Positions 22,560 through 31,471 of a stretch of DNA of 31,471 nucleotides are shown here, piece after piece (the first letter of the stretch is position 1; every line of letters begins with the position of its first letter). Source of the DNA: Chiloscyllium plagiosum (Eukaryota); the NCBI RefSeq assembly GCF_004010195.1, contig NC_057752.1, positions 7,755,651 to 7,787,121 on the forward strand, read 5' to 3'. Position numbers and translations under genes: made by a program. The notes below the pieces were generated by a model. The model had not been told where the DNA came from and searched no databases. It was given only the letters and a program-made list of their open reading frames with translations.

Positions 22560-23560
22560 TCATTCTCCCTAGATTGTATTTTTAGAGCAATTTAGCTCAA
22601 AATATGTCCCTTTGTTCTAGGTTCCCCAACTCAAGGAATAACTCATTCCTTCTATGTTTCATGCTAATTCTCTCAGTTTTTTTAAACACTGTAACATCCT
22701 TATATTCCAGGGGAGATAACTCAAGTTTACTTAGTTGCTCATTATAATTATTTTTTCATCCCATTTAGTACCTTGATGAATCATTACTGGACTTTCCTCA
22801 GTGGCAGTACATCCATCTTAAGGTGTACTCTGAGAACAGAACACAGTATTCAAATAAGGTCTAACCGGCACTTGATAACTGCAATGGTACCTCCTTGCTT
22901 TTATATTCTGAATCACTTGAGATGATGCCCAGCAATCTATTGGCTTTTTGATCTCCTTCACAGCTCTTAGCAAGTTTTTTTAATGACCACTAGGATACCA
23001 AAGTACTTTGCTTTATCATTTAGATTTTACTCCATTCTTTGCATCCGTAAAGTACTACCTTGCACTTTATTACACCTGCCATTGAACTACTCAAGCATAC
23101 AATTTGTGGTCCTTTTGCAATTTCCTTTTCTTCACATTTCACTATGTCTTCCAGCCCAGTGCCATCTGAACATTTAGATATGCCCTCCTTTATTCCAAAA
23201 CTAAAGGCAAATTTGAAAACCTAGGCCCTCAGTACTGATTTACCTCCCAGTCAGTTTCCTATCCATATAATAAGGCTATCTCCAATTCCATGCTCGTCCG
23301 ATTTAGTTAGCAATACCTTGTGCAGGGGCTTAAAAAAATTCAGTTTAGAACATCTATTTATACTCTTCTAGCCACCATCTGAGTCACTCTGTCAAATTAC
23401 TCCAGTGTTGGTTCGATGTGAGCTATCTGTCACAGAACTATGTTAATTTGCTTTCATCAGCTTATTTTATTCCAAGTACTCATTTACTCTATGTTTGATG
23501 TTGAATTTTAGTATTACTGCCAGTACTGATCTAATTGAATGTTGAGATTCTAGGTTTTCT
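22560..23560 (-). mobile_element. Old CR1 ORF2 remnant
   Basis: Reverse complement contains LLGIISSDSEYKSKEVPLQLSSAG*TLFEYCVLF (cf. YKSKEV.LQLY..LVRP.LEYC). Boundaries are vague. Confidence 0.6.
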
Positions 23561-23774
23561 CCAAAGGCACATCGAATACAAAAAAACTGTGCAAGATATT
23601 GGGGAGGCTGCAAGTGCAGTTTTATGGAGTGGTGAACACCCCATTGTAGGAATGATATTGAAGCAATGGAAACATTACAACATGAATTCATTCTGTTGAT
23701 GCCACGGCTAAAATGTTATGGTTGACTTGAAGATCTAGGCCTGAATTCACTGAATACAGAAGTGAAGGTGAGAG

Positions 23775-24068
23775 TTTATAAAATAGAAGTGTCCTAAATT
23801 ATGAAAGAATTTTCAAGAAAAATTTCATTGCTTGCCTTGTGATAATAAATACAAAAAGGGAGATTAAGGGGTGCAAGGGATTATTAGAATATGGGTTGCA
23901 ATGCCGCAAGTATTGATTGAAGCTGCAATATGATACTTGAAAAAAATTATAATTTGAAGAAAATTGTTAAAACGGGTAAAGGGCAAGAGCAAGAAAATGT
24001 AGAGCTAGCACATACCTGATGGACCAAGTGGCTTCCTTCTGTGCTGAAATTTCTAAGATTCCATGAAC
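23775..24068 (+). mobile_element. Old CR1 3' end
   Basis: Ends gagctagcacatacctgatggaccaagtggcttccttctgtgctgaaatttctaagattccatg. Confidence 0.55.
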
Positions 24069-24996
24069 TCTGCAAAGAACAGAAATTGTAATTTGCCATT
24101 AATCTGTGCGTGAATTTGTCTGATCACCAACTACAACTTCCGCAGTGCAATTTACATCATTTTTGCAAGATTTACATGGATTTTCCTTTAAAGTTCCAGC
24201 GGAAAACTGGTGAAATTTACCTTGTGGACAGAAAGTCATTTTTGTTTTGCTTTCAAATAATTGTATAAAGGCTCAACTTATTGACCTTACATCCAAGATT
24301 AGGGAGATTATCCCTTCTTATTTGCATTTTATTTTCATGGTGTCAAAAACACTGATCCAATGACTGAAGTATAATGTGCGAGAGTATTCATATCTATACA
24401 TGTAATCAGCTTGTATATCTTGTGATGATCTCATGCATAGAATGTTACTGTGTACAGTACTAGATATTCTGTTGCCATGGCTGTAAGGTCAAATTGCAGT
24501 ACAGAATGACAAGTGGCCCTATTCACATGCATGTGATAGTTACATTTAGCTTATTGTCTTGAATTGGTTTAGTCTCATTTTTGAATTAGTTTATTTATAT
24601 TATCTAGTTTACTTGAAATGTATTGCAACTTGTTGGCTTTTTCTGAATTATCAGGTGACAATTCAGGAAACAATTGTAATATCTGATTTGCATAAAACAA
24701 ACAGTCAAATGAATTTTCAGAGACCTTGTACAAATAATCAAAGCCCAAATTTTTGTGGTCCCAGAATCAAAACTGATGTCTGCAAATACTAGTCACCTAA
24801 TTGTAACCTAACATGGAATTCACAGATGTGCAAGTTAACACGTTATTTTGGCAAAATGCTATCTGAAGTTCCAATTCTGTTACTGAGTTGTAGAGTAATC
24901 CTTTTGGAATTCACACACTTGGGATTATAATTAGAAAACAAAGAGACCAATAAATTGCAAGAGGAACAAAAAGTCAATTGCCAACGACTCCATATA

Positions 24997-25742
24997 AGGT
25001 GTTGCATTTTTGGTAAGACAAACCAGGACAGGACTTAACACAGTTAATGGTAGGCCCTAGGGAGTGTTGTCAAACAGAGAGACCTAGGTGTGCAAGTACA
25101 TAGTTCCTTCAAAGTGGTGCCACAGGTAGACAGGGTAATGATCAGAACATTGAGTACAGGAGTTGGAATGCCATGTTACAGCTGTACAAGACATTTGAAA
25201 GGCCACGTTTGGAGGACTGCATACAATTCTAGTCACCCTACTATAGGAAGGATGCTATTAAACTGGAAAGGGTGCAAAAAAAAAGATGCACAATGATGTA
25301 ACTGAGACTGGAAGGTTGGAGTTATAAGGAGAGGCTGGATAGGCTGGAACTTTTTCCCTGAAGCATAGGAGACTGAGGGGTGATCTTAAAGAGGTTTATA
25401 GAATCATGAGGAGTATAGATAAGGTGAGTAGACAAGGTCTTTTCCCTAGAGTTAGGGGAGTCCAAAGCTAGAGGGCCTAGGTGTAAGGTGAGAGGAGAAA
25501 GATTCAAAAGAGATCCGAGGTGGAACTTTTTCACACAGAGAGTGGTGCTTGTATGGAACGAGCTGACAGAAGAAACAGTAGAGGCAGGTACAATTACAAC
25601 ATTTAAATAGGTACATGGATAAGAAAGGTTTAGAGGGATATGGGCCAAATACAGGCAAATGGGACTAGTTCGGTTTGGGAAATCTGGTCTGGATGATTTA
25701 GGCAAAAGGGCCTGTTTCCATGTTGTATGACTCTGACTCTAT
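24997..25742 (+). mobile_element. CR1 LINE 3' fragment (~750 bp)
   Basis: KVLHF, QRDLGVQVH, MLQLYKTFERPRLEDCIQF*SPYYRKD, SYKERLDRL, RRLRGDLKEVYRIM and NFFTQRVVLVWNEL, with tail gggcctgtttccatgttgtatgactctgactctat. Confidence 0.93.
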
Positions 25743-27714
25743 AAATGTCCCACTGTAGACTGTGAGCGTTGAATGTATCAGATGAAGTTCAGTCCCACTG
25801 GTTTCTCATTGTTAGTGCATATGGTATGTAACCTACATGTTGTCATTCCGAGAGTTGAAACAACATTACAATTCTGGTACGTCAATGTTAGATTATAACA
25901 AACAGAAGAATCTATTGAAAATTCAAGGTGTGATAGTTCCAGGAGCTGACATTTAAAGGGGAGTGTTACTTGGGGATAAATAACTACAATATGCAGCAAT
26001 CTTTCTTTTGTCCCGATCCACTGTGTGGGGAGAGATTTTGAAATACATAGTATTTTGCGAGGAAAGATTCTCTATTATTTTCACCAATAATCAGGGTCCA
26101 AGAGATCTACCATGTCAGATACCACTAAAATAAAAGGCTTGCTTAAATCACGTAACTGATGTGTCAATCTCCAATTGTGCTCTTACATTGAGCAAGATAT
26201 GGACTCAATCCCAGATACAGATCCTACAAAATTGATTCTGAGAAGTTCTATGGCATCTTTTAGCCAGCACTTGAACTTTCAGTACTGTAGGGAATGTTGA
26301 AATTTATTTCACATTATTTTTCACATACTCAATAATGTTACCTGATAATTTTCAGAGAAGTGTTTTGAGTATAAAGTAATTAAATATCATAAAATGTGCC
26401 AAGCTGGGTCAGGATATATTGCAAAGATCTTACATGCAGGCTTAAGAAGACCGCAAAAGCATATTCTGAAAAATTTCTGAACTGTTGAGTGCATTAAAAG
26501 GTGTAACACACTAAGCTTAATTCCCGTTTTTTCAACTATTCTGTTTACACTTTATTACAGCACGCTGCCCCCATTAACATGAAACATTTCCATATGGTTG
26601 CTAAGTACTGCTCTGCAAGTTCACCCTTAAAAACAAGATGGGGAAAAGTACCAGACCAAGATTGTAAATTGTGGCAACTGACAGGATGAGTACTTTCCTG
26701 AACACTTGTATACACATTTACTCTGTTATACTCATGCAGATATACACGCACAACATTGTACGTATTACTTCTTTCAGTTGAGAACATGGATATGATTATT
26801 GTTACAGAAAATTTCAAGTGCACAAATTGGCACTTTGGTGAGAGTTTTGGGGCAAGGCAGGAACACCCTGTTTTTAAACTCTGCCAATTTGCTGCCAATG
26901 TTTGTTTATGCTACAGAAAAAAACTGCTGCAATACAAACTTTAGCAATCCAAAGTTTTGTTTCCCTGTTAGTACTTTAAATACTTATTGGAGACTGTGCT
27001 GGTATTTTCGGGGTGAAAGGGAGAAATATATGGTTGCATTGCCAAGTTCTCTCTCCATCTCTATCTCATTCTCTGTTGCTATTTATTGTGTGAGTGCCTT
27101 TTTCTCTTTTACACTTTCCCATTTTGCTCTTTTATACACTGTCTCTGTGGCGCCTGTATTGCATTAACTCCAGGATGAACTTTGCAATGTAGTGAGTTGT
27201 GGTTCTATTCATCCTGCTTTCCTGGCTGAAGGTGGGTTGAGGTGAAAACATGAGGTTTTGAAGAAGGCAAAGTGTTTTTAAAAGTTTGGGGGGAGAGGCG
27301 GGAATATAAGAAAAGAAAGCCTTGTGTGTTAACTATTACTAGTAGGCTTATCTTGGAAACGAATTGAAGTTGGTCTGGCTGAAATTTCCACAACTTCCCA
27401 GATTTATTTATGTAAGTGTTTACAATTAAATGTTAGTGTGATAAACATCATTACCTGCATGATTGTCTGTGGTATTTTTCAATCATTTAAAAATTAAAAT
27501 AATTTTGATATTCAAATGATTTTATTAAGTCTTTGTTCATTATAAATTTGCTTTCTTACGGAAAATATTTCTATGTCATTCAAGATATTATAGTTCAACA
27601 TGGATTCCTGTTGCGTGTATATGAGTGATCTGTCTAATAAAGCACCATTACTTATCTTATTTTCTGCATTCTTATTTAAATGTCCTTTTGCTTGGATTAT
27701 TTCTACTCTGTCTG

Positions 27715-27810
27715 AGAACCAAAACATGTGATGCTGGAAAAGCACAGCTGGTCAGGCAGCATCCGAGGAGCAGGAAAGTTGACATTTCAAGCACAAGCTC
27801 TTCATCATTC
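27715..27810 (-). mobile_element. PLE pLTR end with degenerate hammerhead motif
   Basis: tgctggaaaagcacagctggtcaggcagcatccgaggagcagg. The minus strand reads tgatga-a-gagc-ttgt-gctt-gaaat-gtc. Confidence 0.8.
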
Positions 27811-27961
27811 CTATGATTTTAAAAAGTTCCAAGTGCTGGAAGCCTACAATAAAAAACAGCAGGTGCTGGAAGTGCACAACATTTATATTAATATCTAATA
27901 GGTTAGCATTTCATGTGTAAATCATGATTATACCAAGTCTATTCTATGGATATATAGTATC

Positions 27962-28176
27962 TAAAGTTAAAGTCACCATCATCCGAGATGACTGTTCTCT
28001 CACACAGAGACCGACAACTAGAAGTGAGCTTTAACCAGAGGCTCACCACACCTCAGGTAAAGGTTGATCATGCAGGACCACCATGGTAAACTCAGCCAGT
28101 GCAGGAACTGAGCCTGTACTGTTGGCACCACTCTATGATATTGACCAGCTGTCCAGCCAACTGAGCTAATTAACCC
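27962..28176 (-). mobile_element. tRNA-derived SINE
   Basis: Minus strand begins gggttaattagctcagttggctgga (A-box) ... ggctcagttcc (B-box-like) and ends atggtgactttaacttta. Confidence 0.65.
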
Positions 28177-28435
28177 TCACTGCAAGTATGCATCAAAGTA
28201 TAACACATATAAAACAATATACAAAAGCTGCAAATGTGTAAATCAGAATGTATAATAGACACATTTATAGTGCACATATATTTAAGAATATATAATAGAG
28301 ATCAATATGTACAAAATATAAATAACTACTAATATTCAGATATCAAAATACAATTAGTGAGCCAGTTGGTAACTTCACAAGTAGTTAGGTGTAAGTCTAA
28401 GATACTCCCTAGCAACAAGTGAAGTGGACATTGAT

Positions 28436-28532
28436 TTAGATAACTTCTAATCAATCTGTTCAGGGATGCTATTACACCCTGCTGGAACAGTGGCTCAAAG
28501 GTAGGGACACTACCGCTGCACCAGAAAAGCCC
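28436..28532 (-). mobile_element. Short tRNA-derived SINE remnant
   Basis: Minus strand gggcttttctggtgcagcggtagtgtccctacctttgagcca has an A-box-like head, and the B-box appears deleted. Confidence 0.45.
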
Positions 28533-28751
28533 TGGGCACCCAGTTACAATGAAATCCATAGTTTGCACAAGGTGCTCACAGTTATAGTGTTTGTTGTCTA
28601 CCATCTTTCAAAGGTTCAAGAAATCACTGCATTTGCTGTGCAAGGTTCTGAAATGGTTCACTGTATACCATTGTTTCTGGGGTAGGCTAAAACCTGAGGA
28701 GGGCTTTGTGGCCAAGAGAGCACATCTCTTGAACATTATTAGCAGTTTCTT

Positions 28752-29344
28752 TTTATTCATAGGCTGGGTCAGCATTTGCTGCCTGTCCCTAGTTACCCTT
28801 AAGAAGATGGTGGTGAGTTGTCTTCTTGGTCTGCTGCAGTCCATTTATGTAGGTATAGCAACAATGCTGGGATTTTGACCCAGTGACACTGAAAGAATGA
28901 TGATATATTTCCAAATTAGGATGGTGTGTGGCTCAGAGGGGAACTTGCAGGTGATGGTGTTCCCATGCATCTGCTGCCCTTGTCCTTCTAGATGGGAGGT
29001 TTCTGGGTTTAGAAGATGCTACCAAAGAAGCTTTGATGAGTTTCTGCAGTGTATGTTGTAGATAGTACACATTGATGGTAACATCACTTGTGGAGGGATT
29101 CGATGTTTTTGGATGGAGTTCTAGTCAAGTGGACTGCTTTGTCCTGAATGGTGTTAAGCTTCTTGATTGTTTCTGGAGCTGACCCATCTAGGTAAGTGGG
29201 GAGTATCCCATCACACTCCTGATTTGTGTCTTGCAGATAGTGGATAGGGAGTGTGTTAGTTGTGGCAGAGTTCTTAGCCTCTAACCTGCTCTTGTAGCCA
29301 CTGTACTTAAAACTGGCTAGTCCAGTATCTAGTCATTAATGGTG
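28752..29344 (-). mobile_element. CR1-group LINE 3' fragment
   Basis: Minus translation TVATRAG*RLRTL..LSTICKTQIRSVMGYSPL..IKKLNTIQDKA (cf. YKxxVRxxxEY C-terminal motif). Same family as 11612-11925. Confidence 0.82.
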
Positions 29345-30105
29345 AGATTACAGTTTTATCTTTCTTGAAAAAAAAAGGTTATTATTGTTCAATAAAGTAT
29401 ACTTACCTTATGTCCATTGTAACTCTGGACAACTAGAAAGGGAGTGATGCTTAGAAACATAACTCAATCTCAACTTAACATCTCTGGCCCATACTGTATG
29501 TGCCCAGCTTGTTGTCTCCTGAACAGCAGGCAATCTGCAAGTGGCATGTCTTTTCATCAGCACCAATATTACCCTCTCATACATGCATGTTTGTGTATCT
29601 CAGTGTCACCTTGTGTTTAACATTGAAAATAATTTGCCAAAATCTAACCCATGTAATACTTCAAAGTCTTATAAAAAGAGCCTCGTGATATTCACCCCTC
29701 AATTAGACACAGAACCCTGAGGCCTTTTCATGTTTGTCCAAAAGAATCAATAAAATCTTCAGATGGATAGATCAGCCCTCAGGCTTTGCTGAGCAATATT
29801 CAGCTGGTGCAGCAAATTAACACTTGCATAGCCAAGTGATTACTCATATTCATTCTCTCCAGTTCTGTTCATGAATTATGTTGATGAAGCTAGTTTGTAG
29901 CTCACACATTAACTGCAGAAAATAGATCTCTGTTCTCCCATTGAAAATGTACAAATTCTGAAAGGTAACATTAATACAGGTATAAGGCATGCAGTGCAAA
30001 TGGGAGAAGTGCAGCATCAATAAAAAAGGGGGTGAATAGAGATCAAAGTTGAAACTTTATTGCTGGAACAGCACAGCAGGTCAGGCAGCATCCAGGGAAC
30101 AGGAG

Positions 30106-30141
30106 ATTCGACGTTTCGGGCACAGGCCCTTCTTCAGGAAT
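30106..30141 (-). ncRNA. Minimal type I hammerhead ribozyme motif, intact
   Basis: Minus strand reads AUUC-CUGAAGA-A-GGGC-CUGU-GCCC-GAAAC-GUC-GAAU. Confidence 0.8.
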
Positions 30142-30273
30142 GAGCAGAGAGTGTTCAGCAGGAGAAGATAAAAGGTAGGGAGGAGGGACTTGGAGGAGGG
30201 GAGTTGGAAATGTGATAGGTGGAAAGAGGTCAAGGTGAGGGTGATAGGTCGGAGTAGGATGGAGGCGGAGAGG

Positions 30274-31122
30274 TCAAGAAGAAGACTGCAGGACAGGAAG
30301 GCGGTGCCGGGCCGGAAGGATCCAGCTGAGACAAGGGGGGGGGAGGGGGATGAAGAAACTGGTGAAGTCCAAGTTCATCCCCTGCGGTTGGAGGGTTCCC
30401 AGTCGGAAGATAAGACGCTCCTCCTCCGACCGTCGGGTTGTTGTGGTTTGGCGGTGGATGAGTCCAATGACCTGCATATCCTCGGTGGAGTGGGAGGGGG
30501 AGTTGAAATGCTGTGCTACAGGGTGGTTGGGTTGATTCGTCCGGGTGGCCCAGAGGTGCTCTCTGAATCGCTCCGCAAGTAGGCGGCCTGTCTCCCCAAT
30601 ATAGAGGAGGCCACACCGGCTGCAGCGGATGCAGTAGATGATGTGGGTGGAGGCCCAGAGGTGCTCTCTGAATCGCTCCGCAAGTAGGCGGCCTGTCTCC
30701 CCAATATAGAGGAGGCCACACCGGCTGCAGCGGATGCAGTAGATGATGTGGGTGGAGGCCCAGAGGTGCTCTCTGAATCGCTCCGCAAGTAGGCGGCCTG
30801 TCTCCCCAATATAGAGGAGGCCACACCGGCTGCAGCGGATGCAGTAGATGATGTGGGTGGAGGCCCAGAGGTGCTCTCTGAATCGCTCCGCAAGTAGGCG
30901 GCCTGTCTCCCCAATATAGAGGAGGCCACACCGGCTGCAGCGGATGCAGTAGATGATGTGGGTGGAGGCCCAGAGGTGCTCTCTGAATCGCTCCGCAAGT
31001 AGGCGGACTGTCTCCCCAATATAGAGGAGGCCACACCGGCTGCAGCGGATGCAGTAGATGATGTGGGCGGAGGTGCAGGTGAATCTGTGGCGGATATGGA
31101 AGTTTCCTTTGGGGCCCTCCAA
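30274..31122 (-). CDS. PLE GIY-YIG endonuclease domain fragment (no ATG, N-terminally truncated) with 5 in-frame copies of the GIY-YIG core
   Basis: GPKGNFHIRHRFTCTS, then [HIIYCIRCSRCGLLYIGETGRLLAERFREHLWA]x5, HPVAQHFNSPSH and RRSEEERLIFRLGTLQPQGMN. The conserved Y, YIG, R, EH, E and GxN residues and the Cys/His insert typical of PLE endonucleases are present. Confidence 0.9.
   Translation of the reverse strand: MEGPKGNFHIRHRFTCTSAHIIYCIRCSRCGLLYIGETVRLLAERFREHLWASTHIIYCIRCSRCGLLYIGETGRLLAERFREHLWASTHIIYCIRCSRCGLLYIGETGRLLAERFREHLWASTHIIYCIRCSRCGLLYIGETGRLLAERFREHLWASTHIIYCIRCSRCGLLYIGETGRLLAERFREHLWATRTNQPNHPVAQHFNSPSHSTEDMQVIGLIHRQTTTTRRSEEERLIFRLGTLQPQGMNLDFTSFFIPLPPPCLSWILPARHRLPVLQSSS
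30547..31071. repeat. Tandem repeat, 5 x 105 bp
   Basis: Units start at 30547, 30652, 30757, 30862 and 30967. Units 1-4 are identical, and unit 5 differs at 31007 and 31068. Confidence 0.98.
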
Positions 31123-31369
31123 CCACAGGGGATGAACTTGGACTACACCAGTTTCTTCATCCCCCCTCCCCCCACCTTGTCTCAGCCAAATCCCTCCAGC
31201 CCGGCACCGCCTTCCTGACCTGCAGTCTTCTTCTTGACCTCTCCGCCTCCACCCTACTCCGACCTATCACCCTCACCTTGACCTCTTTCCACCTATCACA
31301 TTTCCAACGCCCCTCCTCCAAGTCCCTCCTCCCTACCTTTTATCTTCTCCTGCTGAACACTCTCTGCTC

Positions 31370-31405
31370 ATTCCTGAAGAAGGGCCTGTGCCCGAAACGT
31401 CGAAT
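31370..31405 (+). ncRNA. Minimal type I hammerhead ribozyme motif, intact
   Basis: Stem I AUUC/GAAU, CUGAAGA (31374-31380), extra A, stem II GGGC-CUGU-GCCC, GAAAC, GUC with predicted cleavage after C31401, palindromic ACGU stem III. Confidence 0.8.
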
Positions 31406-31471
31406 CTCCTGTTCCCTGGATGCTGCCTGACCTGCTGTGCTGTTCCAGCAATAAAGTTTCAACTTTGATAT

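Larger units (their letters stand above)
30042..31469 (-). mobile_element. Truncated Penelope-like element (Neptune-like) with inverted pLTRs
   Basis: 30042-30395 is the reverse complement of 31115-31469 and encloses a GIY-YIG endonuclease ORF. No RT domain. An HHR and an AATAAA lie near each outer end. Confidence 0.95.

Noticed and set aside
22110..23560. Twin-priming inversion of one CR1
   Set aside because: The fragments converge with the 3' end internal, which fits two independent insertions.
26545..27167. 117-aa and 122-aa ORFs
   Set aside because: Non-ATG starts, no recognisable domain and no convincing splice structure.
29401..29450. Minus-strand micro-exon ending AAG|GTAAGT
   Set aside because: A strong donor, but no supporting partner exons or homology.
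9900..29900. Exons of a convergent TROAP-like gene expected from human C1QL4 synteny
   Set aside because: I found no recognisable tastin motifs in the minus-strand frames I examined. A tblastn search would be needed.
30547..31071. CRISPR-like array
   Set aside because: Contiguous identical units with no unique spacers, in a eukaryotic context, and the unit is endonuclease coding sequence.
30190..31126. ORFs 30190-30582(+), 30230-31126(-), 30516-31034(-), 30350-30535(+)
   Set aside because: Alternative frames or antisense of the PLE endonuclease, kept open by GC richness and the 105-bp repeat.

Overview
AT-rich vertebrate genomic DNA. It is almost certainly from a cartilaginous fish (shark-type HE1/V-SINEs, SacSINE1-like DeuSINEs, abundant CR1 LINEs; the taxon is inferred). 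The only host coding sequence I can support is the terminal coding exon (7133-7312, +) of a C1q-like gene, best matching C1QL4. Its upstream exon is not visible, and there is a 500-N gap at 4292-4791. The rest is mostly transposon debris: CR1 and L2-like LINE fragments, several tRNA-derived SINE families, a fossil pogo (POGK/Passer-like) transposase split by a SINE, and a MITE with a 3-bp TSD nested in a CR1. The most striking content is a set of Penelope-like element (PLE) derivatives carrying minimal type I hammerhead ribozyme (HHR) motifs, with 8 copies from intact to decayed. They include (i) a 1.43-kb fold-back PLE at the window end, with ~355-bp inverted pLTRs, two outward-facing intact HHRs and a GIY-YIG endonuclease ORF whose core is repeated 5x in frame, (ii) a ~240-bp palindromic double-HHR mini-element with a 13-bp TSD-like duplication, and (iii) an intact sense-strand HHR in the C1QL intron. 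Repeat boundaries are read by eye and approximate, and family names come from recalled consensus features, not from a search.
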